Part shown: positions 14,101 through 28,571 of the stretch, one piece after another
How positions within the stretch are numbered: the stretch's first letter is position 1
How the letters are laid out: each line of letters starts with the position of its first letter
NCBI RefSeq assembly: GCF_000150275.1
Contig: NW_002060945.1
Location: 941,872-1,005,871, forward strand
Source: Trichoplax adhaerens
Lineage: Eukaryota; Animalia; Placozoa
Direction: 5' to 3'
Length of the DNA: 64,000 bases
The notes under the pieces: model-generated
What the model saw: only the letters and a program-made list of their open reading frames with translations
Told to the model about the DNA's origin: nothing
Database searches by the model: none
Translations under genes and position numbers: made by a program

Positions 14101-17100
14101 TGCGTATGATCGCTGGGCATCGATTAAGCAAGCAGCTTTTATTATCGTTCTATCTACACGTCTATATAATGTGATAAGGTGAGAACGTTTTAGAATTGTC
14201 ACAATATAGATCACCAGATTGGGAAAGAATTTTATAAACTTAAAACTGTACGCAATTATTAGATTTAACCGAATTCGCTAGTAGTAAATATAGTTTTTGT
14301 CGTTTGTTTTTTGATCGGGTGCTGAATAGGTGTTTATAATAGTAGAATTTTATGACGATATTTTGTTTTTGAAAATATAGGAAAGACTCAATTTTCTACC
14401 GTATGACCTGCTAATTGGATACGGTAAGCTGAAATTGGACTAATCAATTGCTAGTACTTAGCATAAACGGTAGATGGACTAATCGAAGATAATAAAAAAC
14501 ACTTTTAAAGATTCCTTTAAAATCAACAAGACGATGTCATACTATCACGGAGTCGGAAATGTCGTAAAATGTGACTGTGTACTAATTAGTACGTAAGTCA
14601 ATCTAGTTGTCAAATCGTATACCGATATTTTTAAATCTATATCATTTTTGGCAGTAAATTGTAATGAAACTATCATAGACTTATCGTTGTACTGGATTAT
14701 TCAATAGTAGTTGTTGTTATAATAATAAATAGTCTAGACAAAGTCATATACTAAATTCGATGCTTAGTATTGATCCTATAGCTACTGATGTGGTATTTGT
14801 AATAATATAACTAGCCGAAATCATAGCCACTTACAAACTTGCTTTAGATCGTAAAATGTGCTAAGGAAAGAGAAAATTAGTTTGCTCCTAAAGAAAGGAT
14901 AAAATTAATAGCTGATGGCGAAGAACTACGAAAACTCGAAGTATTAAGGTATTTATGCCATAATTGCATATATACTAATTTGCACAGTTTACGGAATATT
15001 AGTTTATCACTAGTTAACATCGGGATTAAATGTAGAAATCTATGTGAGTCCATCTAATTTTAAAATAAAGTATCAGTTGCTTAATTTCTTCACGAATCTT
15101 TACCGTAAATATGGATTCTTAGGAAATTAGGGCCAATAATTAATAGATCTAGGTGATTGTATGAATCAGAAACGAGCATGATTGCAGTAAGATACTAATC
15201 AAATTTGATCAATTTCAAACTTTAAACTTACCAGATTTAAAATAGTACGGTACGTTTTACAGATTACTCCGTAGGAGAATGTAGTTTTCCAGTTGAAATT
15301 TTTCGTTAGTACTAAATCTAACGTAAAATCGAATAATTTTAGATCGATTGCTCAGAATTGATGTTCCATGGGAAAATCTATTAATTTACCGTAGAAATAA
15401 TATGGAATTATTTCATAGACATTAAAGTTTAAAGGAGTGAACTAAACTATCGTGAGACCCTGAATAAGGCATTTTGGCTTCGTTGTCATCTATGCTTGGA
15501 TAACGTAATGCGAAATAATATTATCGTTGTAATAGCCACTAGATAATAGGTCTAATAGTAAATTATTCAATTTTCAACATGAAAAATGGCTATGACTTTA
15601 TAAATAGGATAATAGAACGGCTATACAGTCCCAAATTACATATAGCATCGTTCTGTAGCATTGACATCTGATACTCAGTCTGTGACAGGTGCGATATTAT
15701 ACACGACGGGTAGAATTCAGATACATCTACATAAATATATCATATTACAAGCATCGAACTTGACAATGTAATCGATGAAAATTATATACTTCAAGCACAG
15801 CTGGGTTGCTAATCCGGCTGATAATTTACTAAAATAATAATTATACTGTATGCAGTCACGCTTTAAAAAAATTAAAACTCTATTTATGCTGCAGAATCTT
15901 GAAAAAAATCGATTTCCGATTTTTTCCAGATTTTCTTCGTATAAAGCACCGCCTACTCGTTAGCTAGAGATCTTTAAAGAAAGAGTAACATCTCTATACC
16001 GGATTACTTGGTAAACTGTAATTTTAGACTAAATTTGAAACACTAATGCTGTAGGAGTGGTGTTATAGCGACAGTGATAAGGTGGAATTACTTTCTCGCA
16101 TTGTCTTAATCTCGACAAATCTTCTAGTTCGCAATACATAGCGCTCATAATGCATCGTCAGGCATAGGAATAGCATACACTGCACCAATAGGTATACATT
16201 ATTTATTAGCGAGATACTGCATTATTTGTTTGCATACTATCGCATAGTACAAAGACCAGTAATATTATAAGATATGCAGTAAGCAATGATTGAGATTAGT
16301 AAATTAATTATGGATTTATTTTATTTACATAAAGGATAAGTTAATATGCTTACTTTAATTGCTACATTGTCATGACTCATAACTTAAAAAGTTACTAGGT
16401 CAAAGTGAATGGTTGAAATTTGTATATACGAGCAATAGTTAAGAAATCAAGTATGATACTTTGTAACGGAACCTGGGGAGAGGCTACTTAAACGGCTCTT
16501 AAATAGGGGTGTAATAATTCATAAATGCGATAAAGATTAATTTTTTTATTTTATTTAATTAAAGTCTGTTTTTATTTGCTATTTTTTTACAAATCAAACT
16601 ATGATCTTCAGGAGCGAAGATTTAAGCGATAATTTAAATAGCTTATGTATTAATTATTCAGATAATAGCTGTGATGATTAATAGATACTATAAAGAATTA
16701 TTCTTGCTGCATTCTATTTCATTAAAAGATGACCCCTTACACTCAATTTGACTGCTGTTATATTATATACCCAAAGTCGATACTTTTAACAATAACACCT
16801 TAAGAGATAATTTAAAGATAAAATAATATTTGGTAATATGCAGCAGCTGCTGTATATGCTGTGAAATAATTGATTAAACATTGTTAGAAAACGAAGGTGG
16901 ATATTATGAGTTGATTTATGCTAGCGTAAGTGTTGGCAGGGCTACATTGATCAGGATAACAAATCACGTAAAGTTCAGATCATAATTATTATTAGACTTT
17001 GCTTCACTATTTACAATAGTTAAAATATTAATAGCTGAATAGAGTATTGTTTATTTATTTTTTTTGATTTCTATTCGATTTTTAGTATCACCGAAATATG

Positions 17101-17785
17101 CTGGCTAATTATAATTGTTCTGTCGATTATCTTTCGAAGCAAAAAATTGATCTTAAATGGAACTTAGTTAATAACTACGTATGGCATTTTTGTTGTTTTG
17201 TTAATTTTTACTTGTATAGGTACACCTATACTGTGGAGCCAAATAGGAAATAATAGAAATAAAAATTATAATTGTTGTGGATCTCCAGGCTATCAGTTAC
17301 TCTGCTGTTATGTAAAATGTTGATAAAAACTAAAGTGTACGGACAATAGTAATTGTATAGCTTTGGCGATAAATTAAAGTTCACTAAGAATATTCTATTC
17401 TATGCTCTCATAGGGTTACGACTTTTCCTGTATAATATTATACTCGTACAAGTTGGGTGCTAGATTAAGAGTTCGGAGCTTTAGTCACTGATATTACTGT
17501 TTTGATATTGTCTTTTATTGCATTCATTCTATTATCTGTCGGATATACAATACGTACTGTAGATGAATCTTCTATGTCTAGTCATTAACTATGATAAGGT
17601 CCAATAGTTTGCATTATTTAATTTAGTGATGGTGTAACGGGCTAATTTCTTGGCCGTAATAAAGTAAACACATGATAGATGGACTAACTAATGTTTTAAC
17701 GACTGTGAAGATTATTTAATTCAAATTTAATAGTAATAGACATAACTAAAATAACAGTAGATTGGAATTCTAATTTCAGATGAAG

Positions 17786-17823
17786 AATAATTATTAATTA
17801 TTAATTATTAATTATTAATTAAT
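17786..17823 (+). repeat. (TTAATTA)n AT-only short tandem repeat
   Basis: aataattattaattattaattattaattattaattaat. Confidence 0.8.
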
Positions 17824-20800
17824 CGTAAGAATCATTAATCTAGCGACGATTATATTGTATCTTATTATTATATTAGCAACCATTGCATCATAATAGGCAA
17901 ATTATGGTGGTGGAAAATCTCTTTGTCAGATTTAATTATAGGTAGATTTACATAATTTGGTATAAATTACTATAGCAAAATATCGCAATGATTGCACCAT
18001 CAAAGTACCGTACTAGATACGAAAGGAAATGAAATATTTCATTGAAAAAGTTATTGGATATAAGTTGCACACTAGACCAATGTCATTCAGGCCACTAAAG
18101 TAATTCAATAGGCTTAATTATTACAAGCTAGATAAAACAGCATATTTTTCGATTGTGATAATATCCTTACTGTTAGTGGGATGTCTTAGGAGTAGTACAC
18201 CGTACTGTACCTTATCGCTATTTTAATTTGACTTAGTTAGTTGACATAAGTATTGCAGTCAAAGCTAGCACAATGATCATATTGACCAAATGACTAGATT
18301 AATTTTATTACAGTTTTGTGTATATCTTGGGTACGAGGTTTTTTGCCTTCAATAATCCATTTGAATGTATCTTTTATTATAGTACTTGTATGTTAAAATA
18401 TATCGCGTTATGAAAAATAATTTATACTCAACAATTTATTATTTCAAGTATATAATGAAAATACTTTGTCGTCTGATAGTAAACGGTTATAGATATTTAT
18501 GCAGTACATAATTACAGTCTATATACAGTATCATTTAGTGTAATAGTAAATTAATTGTATTTTACATATTTTTTGACAAATAGCAGATAATTTTGAAGCC
18601 TACGTATACGTATATGACCTTTAGTATTCGATAATCAATCACTCTATCGCAATAGTAAGTAGTTGTGGGTTAATGTTCCAGAATACTTGTCTTTTGGTAC
18701 AATTAATTATAATATTTACATGGTATTGGGCTACGTTGTATACGGGTATACGAATATACTGTAGCTTAGGAAAAGATTTATTCAATTTTTAATATATATT
18801 CGGCACATGTTTGAGCTCTCTATACATGATTTCGGTGATAAAATGACAACGGTATATCACGATAGCCTATAATTTTGAGTTTAATCCGCATCTTTATGCT
18901 CTATGTCATGAGGATATCTGAAAGTAAGCCCTAATTCTACGTATGTAGGAGTATATATGTACAATTATGGTCTTACTGTCTTTGATTTCGATAATACGTT
19001 GCATTTTTAGTTGGAAAGTAGTTAATTTCTGCTAACGAGCATAATACTTATAATCTAATTTCATGCACTCTTTTGTATATTGATTTATTTGTCACGGATA
19101 CATTTCTCTCTTCTTTTGTACTGTAGTTGGTGCTCTCGGAAATGATTCATATTTTAGATGCGCAGATATATATAATGTAGACGACTTTAATACCAAGAGT
19201 GATACGACGTAATAGGAAATGAAGTCATGTTAGTGGATTTATTTTTAAAAAATGAGTCATAGGAATAAGAAAGAGGCAACAGTCGCATTCTACGAGGATC
19301 TAACGATTTTATTCTTTTAAACCAAGTAGACAATTTAATATGGAAGGATTAAGGATATGTGTTAAGAAATACAAAGGTTGTTGCCTAGTCTGTTAATAGT
19401 ATTATCGTATGCGTAACCTTCGTGAAAGTAAGAAAGGATTAATTAGATATTACCCAAGTCAAAACTTTATAGGGGATCATAATTATCGTGAGAGTGAATG
19501 ATTCACATGTGAGTCATTACTGTACAATTGTTTATTGGAATCTTTCTAAGGTGATGATTTTAATCTCAATCACTAAGAATTACAATGCGACTGTACAGTA
19601 GATAAAATAAATATGAACGATGTCGATAGGACGATACGTTCTTTTATTTAGGCTTGTAATAAAGTCATTTGTTAGCTCCGAAAGATTGGATTTTGAATTG
19701 TTCTTTTATAGCTTGAAGAACTTTTAGCTTTTGAATTCGTATTCTACCCAGTTGTCACATAGTAATCGTGCCAATATGTCTGTTCGATCCTAAAGGTGGA
19801 ACTGATTGGATCCAATTTATTCATCATGAAAGATATTCTACTGCACGCATACCTACAGTTTAATCGATTTAATTTGATGACATGTACTGTATGTGTATAA
19901 CTATAATTGTATTTGAGAAGTTACCACACACTCGTATTTCCAGTTTTATACTTAAAACTAGCCGAACCAGTACACAAATATAGAAGTATAACAATTTATG
20001 CACCATCTTCATTTCATATTGTAGTCAGTCCAAGTTTTACAATATGCAGTAACGTATATTCTACGACGATATAAATCGCCACATAATTGATACAAGCTGT
20101 AACTGAATTCTTCTGGTAAGAATGCTTTGTTGATATTACTTTAGTCATTGATTTATGAGAGTGGGCGGTTAGGGTTAGGCACCAACAGGTAAAAAAAGTT
20201 AAGGTTTCTGTAACTTATGCATCGTACCGACTGAGAAGGCCAGTTAATAAACTAAATTAATGTCCCGTATCTAATGAATTAGTTTTTATTTAATTTACTG
20301 TAAATAGATGTAATCGTAGACATCATTCTATATTCGTATAACAAAATCTGTTCTACTAACTCTACTCAGCGTATAGATCACCTAGAAAATTTTATACGGT
20401 AATAATCGACTTTATTACTGATTCTTTAACGATTGAAATACGATAGAGATACTATATAATGGTATAAAAAGTTCTACGGATAAGAAAAAACTTCTTACAA
20501 CAGTAGATCTTAGAAAAGAATGAATAAGAACAATCACAACAGCAAAACGTAGCTACTTAAAATAAGCTACTTAACTTATTTACAACATAAAGGTTACGAA
20601 ACAAGTTCACTCATATGCTTAAATTATCATAAACATTACTCATAGGAGCGTATACCTAATACTGTCAACAGCCTTTATTTGGTGTTATTTTTAAGTTATA
20701 TCTAATAATTTACTTCTACATAACACGTTGATAACAATAAGTTGTACTGTATAACAGTTTCACTATAATTCGTGATGACTAACCTATTTCCGTGTTTATT

Positions 20801-22254
20801 TAGACAGGACCAACTGAGAGTTGGCGTATGGCGCAGTTTTCGAGATAGAAAGAAGAATCCTTTGAATCGTTTGATGGATGTTTATCAATTCCCTTTATAC
20901 ACGTATAGGTCTTTTTGGCTATTAATATCTGTTCTAATAGTCACGCATCTATAATTACTAATAAAAAGTCAAATGCATCAGAGAGAAATGTTGGCAATAG
21001 CCTTGCTTTGCTTTCTGCTTCGTTTAGTCATATTCCATCGAATAGTGATCATTAATTCACTGATTGATGCGCAGCTTGGTGTTCTACTATTGTCAACAGT
21101 AGTGATTTTAGTCATTTGATTTCCATGTCGTATTCAATTTTGGGCTACGTATTATATGAGAATATAACATATATATATTGGCATACATGGCCGATAACAT
21201 ATATATTATTATACGTTTCAATTTTCAATATTTTATTGAGTATGAGGCGGAGTCTAGCGGACAATTTCAGATTAAATTCTTTCTTTTATTTCTAAATAGA
21301 AAAAAGTGGTAGTGGCGCACTTTCGATTTAATTTTACATCAAATTTATTTAGAATATACGGGTATAGTAATGGTTAGAAAAAGTGGACTATAAAACTTCA
21401 TCATTTTTAAAATCAGTGACCTACAGTACCTGCGATTTCGTTTACTGCATTATTAGCAAATAAAATTGTGAAATTTGATAACTTCTGAATCAATACTATT
21501 ATTGCTATAATAGTATTCGATTCTGGTTGAAATTTATGCTCTGTGCTGCGTTCATATCATGAAACAGGCTGTACTGTACTACATATACCTTTGGCAAGAA
21601 CAGAAATTACTGTTGATGCTCAGGCGTTGGACTTTGCTTCAACGCTTAACAATAATACAATGTGATCAATACTACACTCAATCAATTTCAATTTTATGCT
21701 AACAAATATAGCAGCAGATGGTGATGCCAATGGTAAAATTTCGATTTTAGTCAATTGCTGGAGAAAAAATAATGCCTTGCCCTGATCTTCTTTCTATACT
21801 AAGTTATGAATGACATAAGGGCTCTCTTTTTGTCAACATCGTGACTCTAGCATGTCCCATGTTCCGTGTCTGTCATTGTTTTTCAATAGTATTTACAAAA
21901 GGCATACTACTAGAATAGAAGTTATTTTTCTAGTAATTTATCGTTACAAATTAACAATAAAATCGGCTAGTGTAACTCGATTCTGCAAAAATAATTTCTT
22001 TTTCCTCTTCCTACGTATTGTAAATATACGCCCGAGGTTTGCACAACAGTCACGTTCAGTACAGTAGTAACCATATGATAATAACGCACTCTTGAAAGCG
22101 GACAGTCTAGTCCATTACGCCAACTGTCTACTGTACTGGTAGTCTAGTGCTATGTACTACAAAGAGGAGCAACTTTCAGGCTTTAAATAGTCGCTGAGTA
22201 TCAGCATCCTGGATTATTATAACGTCCGCGTACAAATAGAACTACGTTTACAAG

Positions 22255-25200
22255 ATGGCAGCTAGAATGAGTAGTCGATTGATGCGATCAGTTTTAGTTG
22301 GTGAAAAAGGATCATTAACTATCGTTAATGATACTCCATTACCATCACTTAAAACTGGCCAAATCTTAATTAAGGTAAGATATCAAGTTTTTCGATACTG
22401 ATATGAAATGATCTGAGACAAGGTAAGCATACGATGTCATGTGTTGTCTTGTCATGCAATCTCCTTGGTTATGGCCAATTTACGCTAGGTAGACGAAGTT
22501 CAATATGATATCGATCATGGTTCAACAAGATATTGATCATATCATTGACAGTATGAAGATCAAATTATTATCATAGCATTATTATATCCCTCTTGAAATA
22601 GACTCGTAGTAATGACGATCTCCCTATAGGATACGGCTGAGGCAGTAGTTTGAAAGAGTGTCGAAATTTGGAACTAAAAAGGAATCACATTTCATCATCA
22701 GTCACCCTCATACTGTCTACTGGACTTTTTTTTGCATAGGTTGCAGCTTGTGGTGTCAATCGGATGGATTTATTGCAAAGATATAATAAGTATCCTGTTC
22801 CCGTTGGAGAGAGTGAAATCTTAGGTGTTGAAGGTAAAAATAACGTAAAATTGAACATTAAAATTGAGATAGATTGATTGAGAATGAGTTAATGTTGCAT
22901 GCAAAGTCGCTGCATGATTCATTTCTGTAGCACAAAGGTGACGAAAAGATAAATTCCTCATTGACTTACTCCATTGATTTGCTTATTTAGATTAAGTTTT
23001 TACGGAGCTTGTTTGTCATTTTTTCCCCACTTGTACTATAATATGGCATCTCCAGTAAGATATCGTGATACTTAGATAACATATAAACCATCACTGCACT
23101 GAAAGGCGAGTAGGTTGCGTGACAACCCAACGGCTTCCGTGTTGTTAGATAGGGGGTGTTATATTGTGCTGACTTCATCTTCTGTTTTATAGCTTGGCGA
23201 TGTTAATTTTTTTCTTTTTCTGCTGCTAGTTAACTAATTCTAGGCCTTAGTACGAGAATTATTTTTATGATACGTATCTTTTAGTTTGAAATATTGTTCA
23301 TTGCAAACGCTTTGAAATGTACTTGATATTTTCAATACTAAAAAATTGAAATGAGGATATCTACGAATCCTTAAATAGTTATATATATATATATTGACAA
23401 GCAGTTTATTACAGCTAATTATAATTATGGCACACTTTTATGTCTGTAGTGGCCGGTACCATTGCTGAGATGGACGAGGAGGCTTTACATCATTCCAATT
23501 TCAAGGTTGGCGATCGCGTGTGTGCATTAGTTGGAGGAGGTGGATATGCAGGTGATCCAATTGCAACGCGATTATACTGTACTTGTCATTTATTTTGAGG
23601 AAATTCTTAATAGAATTAGAATTAATAACAGCACCTTTGTTATACTGTATACATCTACAGCGAACGGTTGTGTATTAGTACTTAGTATATGTATATACAT
23701 CTTTATACGTATCATTTATTTTTTGATTAAATACTTAAATAGAGTTAGAATGAATAACAACATCTTTCCTATACTGCATGCGACTGATGCAAACGATTGT
23801 ACAGTAGTACCTAGTATACGCGTACATCTTGCTATCTGTATGATATTCTACATTATTCAAGTTACAGTCTTCCTCATCGAAATTAGTGTTTGCATGCTTC
23901 TCATGAATTACAATTTCTATTTGCTACTACAAATCTTTTTAATTCTTCTTATTTCCTAAATTTCTATCATAGATTTTTGTGCGTCTCCTCATCAAACAGT
24001 GATGCCGATACCTAGATCCATGAGCTTTGTTGAAGCTTCCGCAATACGTTAGTAAAAAAATGCTAATATTTATAAATTCTTTCTTAGGTATTGTTGTCCT
24101 TCTTAAAATTAGATAGACAACAACTTTGTTATCTTAAAATTAGATTGATAGCATTCCCTCTTTATGTACTAACATAATTGTGTTTTCAACAGCTGAAGCT
24201 TTTTTAACTGCTTATGCTGCTATGTTCCTCAGTGCTAAATTAAAGAAAGATGAGTCTATACTTATTCATGCTGTAAGGCTAATATATTGTAACGTAAATT
24301 ACAGTGTGTAATAACATAGATGTAAGCGTTATCATGTAGATTGTTTTTTCAAGTAGCAATTTAGGTGCCTAATTTCGCTTTTATCTACTTATCATTAGCT
24401 TTCAATTTATATATTGTAAAGTTATTAATAGAATGTAATAATAATATCGATACATGCAAATACGACGCCTGATATTATCTTGTTAATTAATAAAAATAAA
24501 ATGCTTTTGTAGGGTGCCAGTGGTGTTGGCACTGCCGCCATACAACTCGCTAAAGAATTTGGTAACAAAGACATTTTCGTTACTGCAGGTAGAAATTAGT
24601 TCAATATTGTTCTAGTGAATTGTTAGGATTATCTTTTCTCGTGATATGAATATGGTAGTTATTTCGCTTAACTTTATACTGTATCCAATCAGATACCATA
24701 ACTTTTTAGAGGATTAAATTATCTTTCTCGTACGGACGTAGGATAACTTTTCTCGTAATATTACTTAGGCTAAAGCATAAGAATATATTTTTATTTATAT
24801 AGGATCCGAGAAAAAGCTAGCAATGTGCCGAGAACTTGGTGCAACTACATTAATTAATTATAAAACACATGACTTTGCCGAAGTTGTTAGACATACTACT
24901 AATAAAAGGGGTTTGTATTGCTTCGGAAATTATTAAACGTCAGATCATTAAGTCTAAAAATATTTAGGAGCATCCGTTACTCACATTTTGTAGCCTGTTT
25001 GAAATGTGTAACATATAAAAGTATTTAACATCAAAATTTTATGCCCACAACATTCTCTTCATACTCATTTAAGGTGTTGATGTAGTCGTTGATTTTATTG
25101 GCGCTTCTTACTGGGAAAGGAATATTAAATCCTTAGCTTTGGATGGCCGTTTAGTTCTACTAGGCTTGGTATTGCTATTGTTTACATATAGTTGTGGCAT

Positions 25201-25649
25201 ATTTTATAACTGTGATATCAAATTAAGTTAACAGTTACACGAACTGACACTTATTGGTGTTTCTTTTTTGCAAAGCTTGGAAATACTGCAACTGATGGCA
25301 TCCACTGTAATACTGGCTTAATATTGGCCAAACGATTAACAATTATTGGATCAACTCTAAGGAATCGAGATATAAATTACAAAAGCAATCTTATTCTTGA
25401 TGTATGTGTATTCCAACTACTCTACTTACATTGATTATGGTAGATATACGTGTAATGACTGTATTGAACCAGATATTTAAGTTTTCATTTCAAATTTTTT
25501 GACAGTTTACACGTAGTACAGTGGATGGCTTTCAAAAAGGCAGATTAAAGCCAGTTCTAGATAGCACTTATACAATTGAAGAGGTGGAAGCTGCTCATGA
25601 CCGGATGCTGCGAAATCTAAACAGTGGAAAAATTGTACTTACTATGTAG
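22255..25649 (+). CDS. TP53I3: Quinone oxidoreductase PIG3-like (MDR/zeta-crystallin family, NADPH-dependent), 10 coding exons
   Basis: Manually spliced exons 22255-22374, 22740-22833, 23450-23551, 23973-24047, 24193-24272, 24513-24588, 24803-24910, 25074-25168, 25276-25401 and 25506-25649, all GT-AG and in frame. Protein motifs: [20 protein letters not shown]...[37 protein letters not shown], the Rossmann motif [40 protein letters not shown] and NLNSGKIVL*, all typical of the PIG3 subfamily. Confidence 0.93.
23587..23840 (+). repeat. Diverged 2-copy tandem repeat (~126 bp) in TP53I3 intron 3
   Basis: catttatttt...cttaa.taga.ttagaat.aataaca.ca.cttt...tatactg.at...gc.aacg.ttgt...tagtac.tagtata...tacatctt occurs twice. 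It explains the internal repetition of ORF 23531..23959. Confidence 0.8.
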
Positions 25650-27215
25650 CATAGATTACTTCATGAAAATTTATGGTTGAGAGTAGAAATTAAAGTAGAG
25701 CATATTCTCTATTTCTGTTGTTGAAGATGTATATATGCAGTAAAAGCTTTAACTAATATCTTGTTACAGTATATTCATTACTATAATTGAAGACATACAT
25801 ATTTTTGCATTGGACTCAGAACTTTTAAGTATTATATAGTCTGCATAATTATCGTAAGATTTGAAATGTAAAACATAAAGTAATTACAGCTAGAGTGATG
25901 AATAGTGATGTTGACGAGATATTCCCATAGACTCTATCAACCATTCCATATCTATGTAACTAGATATTTTAAGCGATCACCTGCTCAAATATCAATTTGA
26001 AATTTTTTCCTAATCGTGCATGATAGCGGATACGATGCATTCGTAGCACCTATATATAGGCTTACGTCAGTTTTAATGCTGTACACTGGATAGCTATCAA
26101 AAAGCTATTACTATCTGTAAAAGATGTACGATTATGTGTTGCTACCAATGATTAAAATAACAATTAATTTGAGTATTGTCATGATCATACTAACAAAATA
26201 AAATATGAAAATTTTGCTTTAGTATTTAATGTAGTAAGCTTATGCAAGGGTTATAAACTGAGTGTACTTTAACTGTAACGTATTTTGTCGTCGAACTTGA
26301 GCAAAGAATTTAAGTGATATACGATATACTGTATGTCTTAAGGCGTTAAATTGTAAAGTATTGTATGTTCAATTTCTAGTTATATGCTTCGTGAAAAAAC
26401 TGACAATACAGTAGTTATTATATTGGTACCAATTGGACATACCGATATTCTAAATTTGCTGTCTCACAATTTGCTAAAATACCATACTTTTATTATAGTA
26501 GTTAGATTGAAATTTTGTAAGTAGGTCGTTTTTAATTTGTAAATGAATGAATGTAATAACATTAAACAGTACAGCATAGTAATTGGCTTACGATAATGTT
26601 GATTCTAATATCTTTAATTGCGAAATAATTATTTATCTGATGAGTGTGAATTAACGTCGATTATCTTAGTTTAGTAAGTATACATATTTACAATAGTAAT
26701 AACAAGCTTGTTTCATTATGATTTTTCTCTTCGTGTTAACTGTCATTGGGAATTATTTCGATAAAATTTCACAGAGTACAAAACATGAACTAGTTCTATG
26801 ATCTCTTTATCGTTATTTTCCTAGCATGACTAATAGCTGCAGTGATTATATCTTTAACATGACCATACCATAAAATTGTAACGATTTCGACCAATTATTA
26901 GTTTTCGCTAATGATTGAAATTAGAGATTAAAATCAACGTCAATTCAGTTAGGGAGCATCAAATCAGCATAGCTTGCGCTCGATATCTCTTATTCATATC
27001 AACATGTGTATTAAGCATATATTTATAGTATATAACATGCCCATATAGTGTATGTCTATATATCGGCAGTGTTTCAATATTTTATTATAAAACTAGATGA
27101 AAAATTCACTATTTCATTGATTGAAATATGTTTACTATTGAACTATGACCTATTTACCATGTCAATTCGCTTCACCAGTTACGGTGTGGTCTAAATTTTG
27201 GACATTGAAAATTTT

Positions 27216-28571
27216 TTAAGTTAATATTAATCCTTTCACTGTATGTAATCGTAACTCTTCAATCTTATGTAACAGATCTCCTTCAAGTATTTTTTGCTTG
27301 GTTTCTAACATTGTACGCATTGTAGCTAAGTTATCATGAGTTGCATCGAATCCTTCTCTACATTCTTGGCGAAACTTATCTATTAATGTGTTTTGCTCTT
27401 TTTTGAAATGTTGAACTTGTTGCTGGGCAAATTGAGTTTGCTGTTCTTGTAATTGCTTTATTAATTGTTTAACTTCTTTTTCTAATCCTTTAGCTATTTG
27501 AACCATCTGATGTTCTAATTCGTTTTGTCGTAATTCTGATCGGTTGGAGATGACTTCAGCTTGGCGAATAAATTCCATAACTTGATTAGCTTCTGTTGTC
27601 ATCCAACGCTTAATGTGATCAGTTTGATCTTTAGCTTCTTGCCTTATAACAGTATATTTTTCTTCCCATTGGGTGTCTAAATGTTTCAGAGTATCGTCTA
27701 AGGAATCTTTCTCGCCTAGCTGTTGGGATAGCTGTTGAATAGTGGTCTTTTTCTCTGTTAAGTTTTGGCGGCAAACATTCATTTCATCTTCTAACTTACT
27801 TAGTCGCTGATTTACATGATTTTGATTTGTCGATTGATTCTGTCTTATCGCATCAATTTGTCTACCTTGATTTTCTAATTCATCTTTCAAACGCCTAACT
27901 TGACTTTGTAATTCTTCTCTTTGGTCGTGTCCATTGTGAACTTTAGTTCCAATGATATCTAGTTCTTCTTTAATTTGCTGATGACTACGTATGAGATTAT
28001 CAACTCTAAATGTATCTTTTTGGGTATTTAATTGTAAATTACTTATTTTATGTTGTTGTGTTCGAACAAAATTATTATAATGTTTGACTAAAGGCTCTAT
28101 AGTATTGCTTAAGCGTTTGACAATAGTAGCAATGGCTTGAATGAAATCTTTTAACCACGTTCTAGCAGATTTGCTATTCTGGTGAGTAGCTTGTATAAGA
28201 TTTAGCTGATTGACGAGATCTTCTTGAACATCAAGGGCAAAATCAATTAGTTCTGATGTTGTTTTTTCATGTTCTTCTATACGACTATCTAGTGATATTA
28301 CTGGATTATGATTATAATTATTTGGTAAACTCTGCGATACTAGTGCATCGGCGTTATTAGCAAATACTGGTGGTAATCGATTAGAAGTCGATGCATATAA
28401 CCGATTTTGTTTATGGCTATTGTTTGCTTTTAGTAGTGATTGTTTCTGTAACAATCGTGCGAATCTATCTCGTTTTTGTTGGCCATGATTATCTTTTAGC
28501 TCTGTGAAGGCCATACTTTGATCAGTAGGTAAGCTTAAATTTTTGAAATCTTCGTTTATCAATTCTATCAT
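27216..28571 (-). CDS. FAM81: FAM81 family coiled-coil protein, coding region uninterrupted (start at 28571 or 28514)
   Basis: Long open frame. SLDSRIEEHEKTTSELIDFALDVQEDLVNQL...ARTWLKDFIQAIATIVKRLSNTIEPL matches from memory FAM81A [31 protein letters not shown]...[26 protein letters not shown]. The C-terminal ECREGFDATHDNLATMRTMLETKQKI matches [26 protein letters not shown]. The track's start at 28646 is a TTG; the first ATGs are 28571 and 28514 (agtATGG). Confidence 0.85.
   Translation of the reverse strand: MIELINEDFKNLSLPTDQSMAFTELKDNHGQQKRDRFARLLQKQSLLKANNSHKQNRLYASTSNRLPPVFANNADALVSQSLPNNYNHNPVISLDSRIEEHEKTTSELIDFALDVQEDLVNQLNLIQATHQNSKSARTWLKDFIQAIATIVKRLSNTIEPLVKHYNNFVRTQQHKISNLQLNTQKDTFRVDNLIRSHQQIKEELDIIGTKVHNGHDQREELQSQVRRLKDELENQGRQIDAIRQNQSTNQNHVNQRLSKLEDEMNVCRQNLTEKKTTIQQLSQQLGEKDSLDDTLKHLDTQWEEKYTVIRQEAKDQTDHIKRWMTTEANQVMEFIRQAEVISNRSELRQNELEHQMVQIAKGLEKEVKQLIKQLQEQQTQFAQQQVQHFKKEQNTLIDKFRQECREGFDATHDNLATMRTMLETKQKILEGDLLHKIEELRLHTVKGLILT

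Noticed and set aside
23531-23959. 142-aa hydrophobic ORF
   Set aside because: Lies in TP53I3 intron 3, starts at a non-ATG codon, and its internal repeat simply reflects the ~126-bp tandem duplication.
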